The translations under genes were made by a program, and so were the position numbers. Positions 44,355 through 53,832 of a stretch of DNA of 64,000 nucleotides are shown in pieces (positions within the stretch are counted from its first letter, which is position 1; each line of letters begins with the position of its first letter). The stretch comes from an uncultured Clostridia bacterium (GTDB lineage Bacteria > Bacillota > Clostridia > Oscillospirales > Ruminococcaceae). The notes beneath the pieces were generated by a model that was not told where the DNA came from, made no database searches, and saw only the letters and a program-made list of their open reading frames with translations. The DNA lies in assembly GCA_947627005.1 (NCBI GenBank), contig CANQUJ010000007.1, positions 21,797-85,796 of the forward strand, given 5' to 3'.

Positions 44355-44931
44355 AAAAATCATCAAAGACGCTTTGGCGCTCGTCGCGATAACCGTCGTC
44401 GCCGGGGTCTGCCTTTCCTTCGTCCACGAGCTTACCGAGCCGACCATCGAGGCCGCCGAAGCCGAAGAGCGCACCGCCTCCTACCGCGAGGTGTTCCCCG
44501 AGGCCGCCGATTTTATAAGCCCGGAAGAAGCCTTAAGCGGCGCGACCTCGATCGACGGCGTTACGATAGGCGAGGCGCTGTTCGCCGTCGACTCGGACGG
44601 AAATGTCATCGGCTGCGTGATTTCCTCCACCTCCGCCAACGGCTACGTCGGAAACGTCACCCTTTCGGTCGGTGTTGACCTTGAAAACACCGTCACCGGA
44701 ATGAAGGTCACCTCGATGTCGGAAAGCCCGGGCTTCGGCTCGCACTGCCAGGACGAGGACTTTCAGGCGCAGTTTAAGGGCGTTTCGGGCGAGGTCACAT
44801 ACGTCTCGGACGGGAAGACCCAACCGAACGAAATTGATATGATAAGCGGCGCGACCTTTACCACGCGGGCCGTGACCGAAGCCGTAAACGGCGCGCTCGA
44901 ATCCGCGCGCAGCCTTTTGGGAGGTGAGTGA
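44347..44931 (+). CDS. rnfG: Rnf complex subunit G (FMN-binding)
   Basis: An N-terminal TM is present. The flavinylation-type motif reads ISGATFTTRAV. Confidence 0.9.
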   Translation: MIKKIIKDALALVAITVVAGVCLSFVHELTEPTIEAAEAEERTASYREVFPEAADFISPEEALSGATSIDGVTIGEALFAVDSDGNVIGCVISSTSANGYVGNVTLSVGVDLENTVTGMKVTSMSESPGFGSHCQDEDFQAQFKGVSGEVTYVSDGKTQPNEIDMISGATFTTRAVTEAVNGALESARSLLGGE

Positions 44932-44932
44932 G

Positions 44933-45622
44933 ATGAAGCAAAACACCCCGATAGAGCGCCTTTATAACGGCGTATTAAAAGAAAACCCGACCTTTGTTTT
45001 AATGCTCGGAATGTGCCCCACCCTCGCGGTTACAACGAGCGCGATAAACGGCGTCGGCATGGGGCTTTCGACCTGCGCGGTTCTGATGATGTCAAACCTC
45101 ATCATCTCGCTTTTAAGAAAGTTTATTCCCGACCGCGTCCGCATGCCGGCCTATATCGTAGTCGTCGCAAGCTTCGTTACGATAGTCGAGCTTTTGATGC
45201 AGGCGTACGTCCGCCCGCTTTATACCGCCCTCGGGCTTTATATCCCGCTTATAGTCGTAAACTGCATCATCCTCGGCAGGGCGGAAAGCTACGCCTCTAA
45301 AAACCCGCCTATAGCCTCTTTCTTCGACGGCCTCGGAATGGGCCTCGGGTTCACCCTTGCGCTTACGATAATCGGCGCGATAAGAGAGCTTTTGGGCGCG
45401 GGCGAGGTCTTCGGGATAAGGATTATGCCCGAAGCCTTCGAGCCGGTCTCGATAATGGTAATGGCCCCGGGGGCGTTCTTCGTCCTCGCGATTCTGACCG
45501 CCCTTCAAAACAAGTTCAAGGCCCCTTCGGCGACCAACAAGGGCGACAAATTCTGCTCCGGAAACTGCGCCGCATGCGCCGATAAAACCTGTGAAATAGG
45601 AGAAAGGAGCGCCGAAAAATGA
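44933..45622 (+). CDS. rnfE: Rnf complex subunit E, with a Cys-rich C-terminal tail
   Basis: The NqrD/RnfE-like sequence reads NPTFVLMLGMCPTLAVT. The tail reads FCSGNCAACADKTCEIG. GTG 44924 is an alternative start. Confidence 0.9.
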   Translation: MKQNTPIERLYNGVLKENPTFVLMLGMCPTLAVTTSAINGVGMGLSTCAVLMMSNLIISLLRKFIPDRVRMPAYIVVVASFVTIVELLMQAYVRPLYTALGLYIPLIVVNCIILGRAESYASKNPPIASFFDGLGMGLGFTLALTIIGAIRELLGAGEVFGIRIMPEAFEPVSIMVMAPGAFFVLAILTALQNKFKAPSATNKGDKFCSGNCAACADKTCEIGERSAEK

Positions 45623-46203
45623 GCTTTTTGTCTACTCTGTTTTTGGGGATAATCTCTGCGGCGCTTGTAAATAACGTAGTATTGAGCCGCTTTTTGGGGC
45701 TTTGCCCCTTCTTGGGGGTCTCTAAAAAGACCTCTACCGCCCTCGGAATGGGCGCGGCGGTTATCGCCGTAATAACCCTTTCCTCGGCGATAACCTATTT
45801 TATCGACCACTTGATTCTTCGCGACAAGCTCGTGTATCTTCGCACCATCGTCTTTATCCTCATAATCGCGGCGCTGGTACAGTCGGTCGAGATAATTCTT
45901 AAAAAGAAGATCCCCTCGCTCTATAAAGCCCTCGGGGTCTATCTTCCGCTGATAACCACCAACTGCGCCGTCCTCGGCGTCGCGATAGATTCGGCCCAGC
46001 AGAACAAGACCTTTGCCGACACGATGATATATTCGGTCGGAACCGCGGTCGGGTTTTTGATCGCGATAGTTTTGATGGCGGGCATCCGCGAAAGAATCGA
46101 GCACAACGACATTCCCGAGAATTTTAAGGGCATGCCGATAGTTTTGGTGACCGCGGGGCTGATGGCGATAGCCTTCTTCGGCTTCAAGGGCACGATCGGA
46201 TAA
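45619..46203 (+). CDS. rnfA: Rnf complex subunit A
   Basis: 194 aa, NqrE/RnfA-like (LGLCPFLGVS). The ATGA start overlaps the upstream stop. Confidence 0.9.
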   Translation: MSFLSTLFLGIISAALVNNVVLSRFLGLCPFLGVSKKTSTALGMGAAVIAVITLSSAITYFIDHLILRDKLVYLRTIVFILIIAALVQSVEIILKKKIPSLYKALGVYLPLITTNCAVLGVAIDSAQQNKTFADTMIYSVGTAVGFLIAIVLMAGIRERIEHNDIPENFKGMPIVLVTAGLMAIAFFGFKGTIG

Positions 46204-46216
46204 GGGGGGTGCGGAA

Positions 46217-47026
46217 ATGTTCTATGCGATAGTTACCGCCGCGCTTGTCATCGGCGTGATAAGCGTTATAATCGGGATACTCCTCGGATTCCTTTCGGTG
46301 AAATTTAAGGTCGAGAGCGACCCGCGCGAGGCCGAAGTCCGCGACTGTTTGGCTGGCTCGAACTGCGGCGGCTGCGGCTATGCCGGCTGCGACGCTTACG
46401 CCCACGCGATAGTTATAGAGGGCGCTGCGCCCAACCTCTGCCCCTCGGCCAACACCGCGAAGATCGGCGAAATAATGGGGGTCTGCGTTCTTGAAAAGGC
46501 AAGAAGCGTCGCCGTCGTAAAGTGCTCCGGCGACTGCTCGAACACCCAAGACAACTATCTTTACGGCGACGAGCGGGATTGCAGGGTGGCCTATCTCGCC
46601 CCGGGGCACGGCGCGAAAAAGTGCGCCTACGGCTGCTGCGGCCTTGGGACTTGCGCCTCGGTCTGCCCCTTCGACGCAATAAGAATAGTCAACGGCCTCG
46701 CAAAAATAGACCGCTCGAAGTGTCAGGCCTGCGGCCGGTGCGTTTCGGTCTGCCCGAACAAGCTTATAGAGATAATCCCAGAGTCCGCGCCGTATATCGT
46801 TCTGTGCTCCTCAAAATCAAAGGGCAAAGACGTCAAGGCGGCCTGCTCGGTCGGCTGCATAGGCTGCGGAATGTGTATGCGCGTTTGCGAGAGCGGCGCG
46901 ATAACCTTAGAGAACAACCTTGCCAAGATCGACTACTCAAAGTGTATCGGCTGCGGAAAGTGCGCCGAAAAATGCCCCTGCAAAATCATCAGAAGCCCCC
47001 AAAAGGCCGAAACCGAAGCCGTATGA
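46217..47026 (+). CDS. rnfB: Rnf complex subunit B (polyferredoxin)
   Basis: An N-terminal TM is present. The motif NCGGCGYAGCDAYA and several CxxCxxCxxxCP clusters are present. Confidence 0.9.
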   Translation: MFYAIVTAALVIGVISVIIGILLGFLSVKFKVESDPREAEVRDCLAGSNCGGCGYAGCDAYAHAIVIEGAAPNLCPSANTAKIGEIMGVCVLEKARSVAVVKCSGDCSNTQDNYLYGDERDCRVAYLAPGHGAKKCAYGCCGLGTCASVCPFDAIRIVNGLAKIDRSKCQACGRCVSVCPNKLIEIIPESAPYIVLCSSKSKGKDVKAACSVGCIGCGMCMRVCESGAITLENNLAKIDYSKCIGCGKCAEKCPCKIIRSPQKAETEAV

Positions 47027-47997
47027 GGCGGCTTTTGGCGGCGATGGCCGCTTCGGCGGTTTTGCTCTGCGGCTGTTCGCCCGCGCCGAAAAAATATTCC
47101 GCCGTATATACCGACGTTTTCGACACCGCGACCGAATTTGCCGCCTATTGCGATTCGCGCGAAGAGTTCGACTTATACGCCGAAGCGCTTCACGACGAGC
47201 TTTTGCGGCTTCATAAGATCTTCGACATCTACGACGAATACGACGGCCTTTTTAACGCGGCCTCTTTGAATAAAACCAAATCCGGCGGCTGCCCGAGCGA
47301 GCTTATCGAGCTTACTAAGAGCGCCGTCGATTGGTACGACCTTTCGGGCGGAAAGCTTAATATCGCGCTCGGAAGCGTTCTTTCGCTTTGGCACGACTCC
47401 CGCGAAAGCGGGATTCCCCCGGCTATGGAAGACCTTAAGCCCTTGGCGGAGCACTGCGATATCGACGATATTTCCGTCGAGGGGGATATAATTTCGATTA
47501 AAGACCCGCAGCTTTCGCTCGATTTCGGGGCGCTTGCAAAGGGCTATGCCGCCGAAAAGGCCGCAGAGCTTTTAGAAAGCGTCGGCTGCGCGGATTTCGT
47601 TCTTTCGGTCGGCGGGAACGTGGTCGCCCGGGGCGAAAAGCCGGGCGGAAGCTGGGAGATAGGGATCTCAAGCCCGGACGGCGGGATTCTGACCACAGTC
47701 AAAGTGTCGGACGAAGCGGTGGTCACGAGCGGGGATTATCAGCGATATTTCGAGTATGAAGGCGTTCGGTATCACCACATCATCGACCCGCAGACCCTTA
47801 TGCCCGCGAACCTTTGGCGCTCGGTGACGGTTATCTGTAAAAGCTCGGCCGACGCCGACGCCCTTTCAACCGCGCTTTTTTGCCTTGACGAGCAGAGCGG
47901 AAGGATCCTCGCCGAAAATTTCGGCGCCGAGGCGCTGTGGGTATCTTCAAAAGGCGAGGTCATAAGGACCGAGGGGTTTGAAGACTATGAAAAATAA
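47023..47997 (+). CDS. apbE: FAD:protein FMN transferase (ApbE family) lipoprotein
   Basis: The true start is MRRLLAAMAASAVLLCGCS at 47023, where ATGA overlaps the rnfB stop. The tracked 46522 start runs through rnfB in another frame. Confidence 0.85.
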   Translation: MRRLLAAMAASAVLLCGCSPAPKKYSAVYTDVFDTATEFAAYCDSREEFDLYAEALHDELLRLHKIFDIYDEYDGLFNAASLNKTKSGGCPSELIELTKSAVDWYDLSGGKLNIALGSVLSLWHDSRESGIPPAMEDLKPLAEHCDIDDISVEGDIISIKDPQLSLDFGALAKGYAAEKAAELLESVGCADFVLSVGGNVVARGEKPGGSWEIGISSPDGGILTTVKVSDEAVVTSGDYQRYFEYEGVRYHHIIDPQTLMPANLWRSVTVICKSSADADALSTALFCLDEQSGRILAENFGAEALWVSSKGEVIRTEGFEDYEK

Positions 47998-48343
47998 GCT
48001 TTTAAAAAACGACTTTGCACTTATTGCGGCGATATTTGTGATCGCGCTGGCGGCGGCGGTCTTCGGCCGGGCGATCGGCAGGGCCGGCGATACGGTAGAG
48101 GTAAGGGTAAAAGGCGAGGTCTATGCGATCCTGCCGCTCGACAAACCCGCCGAGCTCGATATAGGCGGGCTTTGCGTTTTAAAGACCGAAAACGGCGAGG
48201 CTTGGATAGAAAGCGCGGTCTGCAAAAACCAGATCTGCGTTAAACATCGGTCGGTAAGCCGGGTCGGCGAGGCGATAGTCTGTCTGCCGAGCGGAGTGAC
48301 CGTCAAAATAACCGGCGAGGGCGGGGCGGATATAGTCATATGA
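47987..48343 (+). CDS. NusG domain II-like membrane-anchored protein
   Basis: About 118 aa with an N-terminal TM followed by a small beta domain (VEVRVKGEVYAILPLD...VKITGEG). Confidence 0.6.
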   Translation: MKNKLLKNDFALIAAIFVIALAAAVFGRAIGRAGDTVEVRVKGEVYAILPLDKPAELDIGGLCVLKTENGEAWIESAVCKNQICVKHRSVSRVGEAIVCLPSGVTVKITGEGGADIVI

Positions 48344-48861
48344 AAAAAGAAAAAACTTCCGCGGCCGAAAAAATCGCCCTTTTGGGGCTTTTGACCGCCC
48401 TTTGCTTCGGGCTTTCTTATATCGAATTTCTGATACCCTTTTCGGCGCTCGGAATCCCCGGGATAAAGCTGGGGCTTGCGAATATATGCGTCACCGCCGC
48501 GCTTTACGCTATCGGGACGAAAGAGGCCGCCGCGATAAATCTTATAAGAATAATTTTAAGCTGGCTTATTTTCGGAAGCTTTACCGGACTTATATACAGC
48601 CTTGCGGGCAGCGCGCTTAGTTTTGCGGGCTCGGTCGCGCTAAAAAAGTCGGCGCGGTTTTCGCCGATAGGCGTTTCGGCCGCGGCCGGCGCTCTTCACA
48701 ATATCGGCCAGCTTGCCGCAGCGATGATATTGACAGACGCCTCGGCTTTGATGTATTATATACCGGTACTCATTATTTGCGGGCTTTTCGCGGGGGCGAT
48801 AAACGGCTTTATCGTTTCGGCGATACTTTCCCGCGTCGGCGTAAATTATAAAGGAGAATAA
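48340..48861 (+). CDS. Gx transporter family membrane protein (heptaprenyl diphosphate synthase component I-like)
   Basis: 173 aa and 5 TM. The sequence IPGIKLGLANI is present. The ATGA start overlaps the upstream stop. Confidence 0.65.
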   Translation: MKKEKTSAAEKIALLGLLTALCFGLSYIEFLIPFSALGIPGIKLGLANICVTAALYAIGTKEAAAINLIRIILSWLIFGSFTGLIYSLAGSALSFAGSVALKKSARFSPIGVSAAAGALHNIGQLAAAMILTDASALMYYIPVLIICGLFAGAINGFIVSAILSRVGVNYKGE

Positions 48862-48862
48862 A

Positions 48863-49396
48863 ATGACCGCTAATCTTAAAAAATTCTGCGTCTCGGCGAT
48901 GCTTCTTGCGATAGGGCTGGTTCTTCCCGGAATCACCATGCGGATCCCCGAGATAGGCAATATGCTCTGCCCGATGCACATTCCGGTTCTTTTGTGCGGA
49001 ATCATCTGCGGCTGGAAATACGGCCTCGCCGTCGGGGCGATAACCCCTCTTTTAAGAAGCCTCATCTTCGCGATGCCGCCGCTCTATCCCAACGCGATAG
49101 GCATGGCGTTCGAGCTTGCGGCCTACGGCTGCTCGATAGCTTTGATATTTTCTTTGTTCAAAAAGAAAAACATCGCCGCGATATACGCCTCGCTTATATC
49201 CGCGATGATAATCGGAAGGCTTGTTTGGGGAGTCGCGAGAACGGTTATGCTCGGCGTTGCCGGGACCGGATTCAGCTTCGAGATATTCATCACAAGCGGA
49301 TTTGTCGAAGCCGTCCCCGGGATAATCGTCCAGCTTATATTGATACCGGTTCTCGTCTCGGCGCTTTTGCGCGCAAAGCTTTTGCCGATAAAGTGA
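48863..49396 (+). CDS. ECF-transporter S-component-like membrane protein; substrate unknown
   Basis: 177 aa and 5-6 TM. It lies 1 nt after the upstream stop. Confidence 0.55.
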   Translation: MTANLKKFCVSAMLLAIGLVLPGITMRIPEIGNMLCPMHIPVLLCGIICGWKYGLAVGAITPLLRSLIFAMPPLYPNAIGMAFELAAYGCSIALIFSLFKKKNIAAIYASLISAMIIGRLVWGVARTVMLGVAGTGFSFEIFITSGFVEAVPGIIVQLILIPVLVSALLRAKLLPIK

Positions 49397-49407
49397 GATA
49401 TGCATAA

Positions 49408-49444
49408 GAAAAAGGCTTCCCGCAGCGGGGAGCCTTTCTTTTTA
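49408..49444. terminator. Bidirectional terminator between convergent operons
   Basis: The stem ggcttccc / ggggagcc (49414-49435) is flanked by an A-run and a T-run. Confidence 0.75.
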
Positions 49445-49453
49445 TTTCGGTTT

Positions 49454-51208
49454 TTATTTCAGTTTCACCGTTATCTCTCTCATATCCTCCGGCAGGTCTT
49501 TTTCCTCGGTAAGGTCGAGGACGGGTTCGCCGTCGAAGCCGAAGTGCACGCGCCGAATTCCGGACGAGCGCGGGCCGTCGACCCCCGGGCGGGCGTGGTA
49601 GGTGTTCCAGACGTCGCCGTATTCGTCGACTACATAGGCGTTGTGCCCCGGGCCGTATTCGCCTGGCGCTATAAGCGAGTGCATCAGCGGGTAGTTGCCC
49701 TTTTTCCAGACTTTCGGGTTCAAAAGGTCGTCGCCCCGGTTCGCGGTCATCATACCTACGCAGTAGGTCGAGTCGACCAGCGCCGAGCTGAACGTAAGAT
49801 AAATCTTGTCTTCGCGAATCAGCGCAAACGGCCCCTCGTCGACGAGGGTGTGGTTGTTCTGCCAGCCGTATTCCGGCAGCGTCAGCAAAACAGGGTCGCT
49901 GATAAGCCGCCATGGCTCGTTTTTGTCGATCTCCGCGATATATACCCACGCGCCGAGGTCGATCGGGTTGAACTGCCGCTGGCTCCAGGCGACGTATTGC
50001 CGCCCGCCGTCTTCAAACGTGGTCATATCAAGGGTGATCCCCTTGTCGTAAAGCGGCGAGCCGTCTTTTTTAAGGACGCGTTTCGGCGCCTCCCATGAGT
50101 TTTTGTCGTCAAGCTCGCCGCCGTCTTTTAAGACCATAACGTGCGACTGCTCGTCGCCGAACTCCTTCGGAGTGCAGGCGTGGAAGATATATTCCTTTCC
50201 GGCGACGTTGTGAAACTCCGGCGCCCAAAGAAGCCCGCCGACATGCGGATAGGTGGTCGAATCGAGAATGAGCTTTTCTGGGGCGGAAACAAGCCCGGGA
50301 ATGGTCTTTGCGCGGCGGACAAATATCGTGTGGTTGCCGTCGGCGTCGTTGGTCGCGATAAAGTAGTAGTCGCCCTTATAGAAATAAACGCAGGGGTCGG
50401 CGCGGTTTTCGGCGATCGGGAAGTCGTAGTGGTCGAGGTGTATCCTGCCTTTTGCTTCGCCGTTCTGCGGCTTTTGCCAGTCGACCCGCTTTTTGTGGGT
50501 CGAGCCGTCGGAGTATTTGACCGTCACCCTGAAATCTTCAAGCTCGCTTTCGGCAACCTCTTTTTCATATTCGAGCGAGACCGCGACCGGCGTCAAAAGC
50601 TTTTTAAGGGCGTAGTCGGCGCATTTTTCGTCGACCTCGAACGCCTTTTCGTCGTATGCGCCCTCGATCTCGGTCTTCTCATATGCAAAATGGCCGTCGA
50701 GCGAGCAGCCGCAGCCGCTTCCGCCGAGCTCTTTGACGTCGTCGGTCGGCTCGGTCAAAGACTTCAGCTTTCTGCGATACACCCTTCCGCCGACCGAAAA
50801 TTTCGCGACCAAACCCTTGCAGTTCGGGCAGATTTTGAGCATAACGTCGTCAAGGTAGTCGTCGGCAAGCTTTAAAAGCCCGAGCTCGGCATAGTGGACG
50901 AGATCCTCGGTCTCGAAAACAACCGCGCACCCGCGCGAGCTTTCGTCCGGCTCGCCGTTCGCCTCGGTTCTTATCGCGATGACCTTAAACCCGCCCTCGG
51001 TCGGCAGAACAAAGGGCTTTTTTAGGCTTTTCGGGAAGAGCCGACCGCTCTCGGGGTCCTGCGTCGCTTTAACGAACAAAACGCCGTAGTTGTGGTTCAG
51101 CGGGCGGAATTTTCCGCCGCTTTCGTAGCCGAGGTGCATGCTTAGGCCGAGGCGGGGCGCATATTCGGCCTCGGAGATCGGCCTGCGGGTATAACAGACG
51201 AATTTCAT
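49454..51208 (-). CDS. GH43-family glycoside hydrolase with an N-terminal accessory domain
   Basis: 584 aa. Five-bladed-propeller motifs are ADPCVYFYKGDYYFIATND, LWAPEFH and VDEGPFALIREDKIYLTFS. No signal peptide is seen. Confidence 0.8.
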   Translation of the reverse strand: MKFVCYTRRPISEAEYAPRLGLSMHLGYESGGKFRPLNHNYGVLFVKATQDPESGRLFPKSLKKPFVLPTEGGFKVIAIRTEANGEPDESSRGCAVVFETEDLVHYAELGLLKLADDYLDDVMLKICPNCKGLVAKFSVGGRVYRRKLKSLTEPTDDVKELGGSGCGCSLDGHFAYEKTEIEGAYDEKAFEVDEKCADYALKKLLTPVAVSLEYEKEVAESELEDFRVTVKYSDGSTHKKRVDWQKPQNGEAKGRIHLDHYDFPIAENRADPCVYFYKGDYYFIATNDADGNHTIFVRRAKTIPGLVSAPEKLILDSTTYPHVGGLLWAPEFHNVAGKEYIFHACTPKEFGDEQSHVMVLKDGGELDDKNSWEAPKRVLKKDGSPLYDKGITLDMTTFEDGGRQYVAWSQRQFNPIDLGAWVYIAEIDKNEPWRLISDPVLLTLPEYGWQNNHTLVDEGPFALIREDKIYLTFSSALVDSTYCVGMMTANRGDDLLNPKVWKKGNYPLMHSLIAPGEYGPGHNAYVVDEYGDVWNTYHARPGVDGPRSSGIRRVHFGFDGEPVLDLTEEKDLPEDMREITVKLK

Positions 51209-51268
51209 ATCGGTGCTCCTTTCATAAAAACCGCCCCCGCGCTTTGCGGAGGCGGCAGGTTTTATCTA

Positions 51269-52807
51269 TCAGCCTTGACTTTCAAGCTTTTCGAGATACG
51301 CGTCTATCTTCGCGTTAAGCTCTTCGACTCGGTATTCCAAAGCCTCGCCGTTGTCTTCTTTAAGCTTTGCCCAAGACATATCGGTGTTGCTGCGAACGAT
51401 AGAGTCGCCCATAAAGCCGTTCGCGATGGAGTCAAGCTCGGTTCCGAGGTTGAAGGTCGGGTCTATAAGAACGTGCTCCTCGGCGATCCTTCTGGTCTCT
51501 TTGCTCATATCGAGCATCTCGTCGGTCCAGAGGTATACGTTGCGAAGCTGGTTTTCGTCGATCTGCTGAACGATCGGGTCTATAAACTTGAATCTCATGC
51601 AGGCCGCAAGAAGAGCCGCTCCTTCGGGGTTGGTCGCGCCTTGGACTATACCGAGAGCGCTGTCGAGGCCGTCGAAGGTGGTCCAGTTATAGTAGATGCC
51701 GTCGCCCTGTTCGTCTCTCGGCAAGGGGGCGAACATAAACTCGGTGGTGTCTCCCCAAGTCTCGGCCATTTCCTCCGGCGGAACTCTGAAGAAACTTTCG
51801 CCGATGATGTAGAAGAGGCAGAGGCCGTCTTTAACTCCGGCGCCCCAAGGGTCGTTATCCCCTCTAAGGTCCCAACGTTCGCCGTTTGCGCCGCGATAGT
51901 TGAGGTCGTTCTTGTTGATCTCATAGAGATACTGCATTCCTCTTTCGATGGCGGGGCTGTCTATATTAAGCCAGTAGCCGTCTTCGGCGGTGTGCATCAA
52001 GAAATGCTCGCCGGAGGATTTTAGAAACATAGAGGTGTATGCGTAGCCGTCGAGGGCGTAGCGGTTGGCGTCGGGGTCGGTAAACTCGAGGCACATATCG
52101 TAGAAGGTTTCCCAAGTCCACATATCGTTATAGTAGAGCTCGGCGGGGTCGTCGAAGCCCCAATCCTCTAAAATTCGCCTGTTATAGGGGACAACGTCGG
52201 CCGGGGCGGTTTTGATGCAGATCTGGTAGTGGTGGTCGCCGAAGGCGAAGAGCTCTGCAAGGTCTTTCATCGGGGCCCAAAGCGGGTCGTCGTAGTCGAT
52301 CCACGGGTCGCAGGGCTGGATCATATCTTTAAGGCAGTTGTTCGGGAAGAACGCGCAGGCGTTGGTTCCGCCCGGCATAACGTCGGGGCAGTCGTTCGCC
52401 AAAATAAGCTGGGCGAGCCTGTCGTGGTGCTCGGGGTATGTAGTCTCTACCCACTTAAGGGATCCGCCGTATTTTTCTCTAAAGGTGTAGAAGCCGGTGT
52501 TTACGATCTGGTCGCTGTCGTAGTTCTGGAACGGGTCGCCCCAAGAGAACCACTTGACTTCGGTTCCGGCGCCGGGGGCAACTTCGGCCTCGGGCAGGCG
52601 GATTCCGGCGGCGGCGAGGATTGCCACGGAGTCTTCGGTTGAAAGAGTGAGTTCGATGGGCTTGCGCTTTCTTCCGCCGCAGCCCACGAGCGCGGTTATC
52701 ATTATAAGCGTAAGCAGAATCGCGAGGACGCGCTTTGTTCCCATGCCGAAGCGGGAAACGGCGGCCTGCGAATCGGATTGAGAGGCAAATGCCATGATCC
52801 TTTTCAT
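51269..52807 (-). CDS. Extracellular solute-binding lipoprotein (sugar ABC type)
   Basis: 512 aa. The SD GGAGGA lies 6 nt before the ATG at 52807. The lipobox is LVGCGG. There is no cognate permease in the window. Confidence 0.8.
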   Translation of the reverse strand: MKRIMAFASQSDSQAAVSRFGMGTKRVLAILLTLIMITALVGCGGRKRKPIELTLSTEDSVAILAAAGIRLPEAEVAPGAGTEVKWFSWGDPFQNYDSDQIVNTGFYTFREKYGGSLKWVETTYPEHHDRLAQLILANDCPDVMPGGTNACAFFPNNCLKDMIQPCDPWIDYDDPLWAPMKDLAELFAFGDHHYQICIKTAPADVVPYNRRILEDWGFDDPAELYYNDMWTWETFYDMCLEFTDPDANRYALDGYAYTSMFLKSSGEHFLMHTAEDGYWLNIDSPAIERGMQYLYEINKNDLNYRGANGERWDLRGDNDPWGAGVKDGLCLFYIIGESFFRVPPEEMAETWGDTTEFMFAPLPRDEQGDGIYYNWTTFDGLDSALGIVQGATNPEGAALLAACMRFKFIDPIVQQIDENQLRNVYLWTDEMLDMSKETRRIAEEHVLIDPTFNLGTELDSIANGFMGDSIVRSNTDMSWAKLKEDNGEALEYRVEELNAKIDAYLEKLESQG

Positions 52808-53034
52808 AATGTTCCTCCAAATGACGTAGTAAGTAGTATATTCATTTTAGCACGGCGATTTCGGTGTTTCAAGAGTAAATATTAACATATTTTCATCTTT
52901 TGATTTGGCAAACTTGCTTATTTTGCGGGTTTTAGCAAATTAAAATTGATGTATTGTCATCACATATTCGCATATTAAAAGGAAGGGAGGGGGCGATGAA
53001 TTTTAGCAGGCAACCACTTTACTGTGCGTAGAAG

Positions 53035-53832
53035 CGAGATATATTCCCGCCCGCCACGAACTCACGTAAAAGGAATTCGCTTCGCTCATACTATTTTCAG
53101 TCACCCCACCCCCGCTCCCCGCCCCTCGAGGGGCGGGGAATTCGACACACAGGCGGTCGTGTGAAAAGGGATTCGGCTGCGGCGGGGGTATTTTGCGACT
53201 CTTAAATTACATTTGGGCATATGATTTCCCGCCCGCCGTCCCGCATAAAAAGGAATTCGCTTCGCTCATACTATTTTAGACGCCCACCCCCTGCCCCCTC
53301 CCGCAGGGAGGGGGTTAGGCGCACCGGGTTTATGCCCAAAAACGAGATATATTCCCGCCCGCCACGACCTCACGTAAAAGGAATTCGCTTCGCTCATACT
53401 ATTTTCAGTCACCCCACCCCCGCAAAGCTTTGAGCAAAAGTATAAGTTTCCTGCCGCCCCCGCCCCTTGAGGGGAGGGGGCGCGAGCGAAGCGAGAGGGG
53501 TGGGGTGCTCAAGGCGCGAAAGCAACCTTAACACAGCGACGGACTTGGTATGTGCGCCGAATGGCGCATGGCCGCGCCGTTTCCCTCTGTTGCGGTCAGA
53601 AGCAAAAGTCCTTCTACGAAGGCGCGGCTACCGTCAGCGTTTCAAGGGGAGAGTCCAGAGAGGGGGAAATCGCAATCCCCATCTCTGGTGTGTCTTTTCG
53701 CTTCACTTTTCTGCCCGAACAGAAAAGTGAAGGAGTCCCGCCCCTCGAGGGGCGGGGTGAGGGGGTGGGGTGACTAAAAATAGCACGAGGCGAAGCAGAG
53801 TTCCTTTTACGGCGGGAAGCCGGCGGGCGGGA
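53035..53832. repeat. Dispersed ~80-bp repeat family (3 direct copies, 1 full inverted and 1 partial inverted), each copy next to a GC-rich palindrome
   Basis: Direct copies lie at 53035-53113, 53225-53291 and 53343-53423. The core is ttcccgcccgcc...aaaaggaattcgcttcgctcatactatttt...accccaccccc. The inverted copy lies at 53761-53832 and the partial inverted copy at 53482-53507. Palindromes lie at 53117-53138, 53294-53314, 53457-53480 and 53737-53757. Confidence 0.8.

Noticed and set aside
46522-47022. 167-codon N-terminal extension of the ApbE ORF given in the track
   Set aside because: It runs through rnfB in another frame and has an Arg-rich nonsense-like composition. A lipoprotein signal peptide begins at the internal ATG 47023, which overlaps the rnfB stop.
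52904-52920. Sigma-54-like TGGCA...TTGC element
   Set aside because: The GG-to-GC spacing is about 3 nt too short relative to the TGGCAC-N5-TTGC consensus. No enhancer-binding protein gene is nearby.
53221-53777. Tracked ORFs of 70-87 aa inside the repeat field (53221-53433, 53467-53730, 53550-53777, 53552-53773)
   Set aside because: They are composed of repeat and palindrome sequence, overlap each other, have no SD, and give Pro/Arg/Gly-rich products.
53035-53832. Possible CRISPR array
   Set aside because: Repeat spacing is irregular (188 and 118 nt). Copies occur in both orientations. The units are about 80 bp with adjoining palindromes. No cas genes are present in the window.
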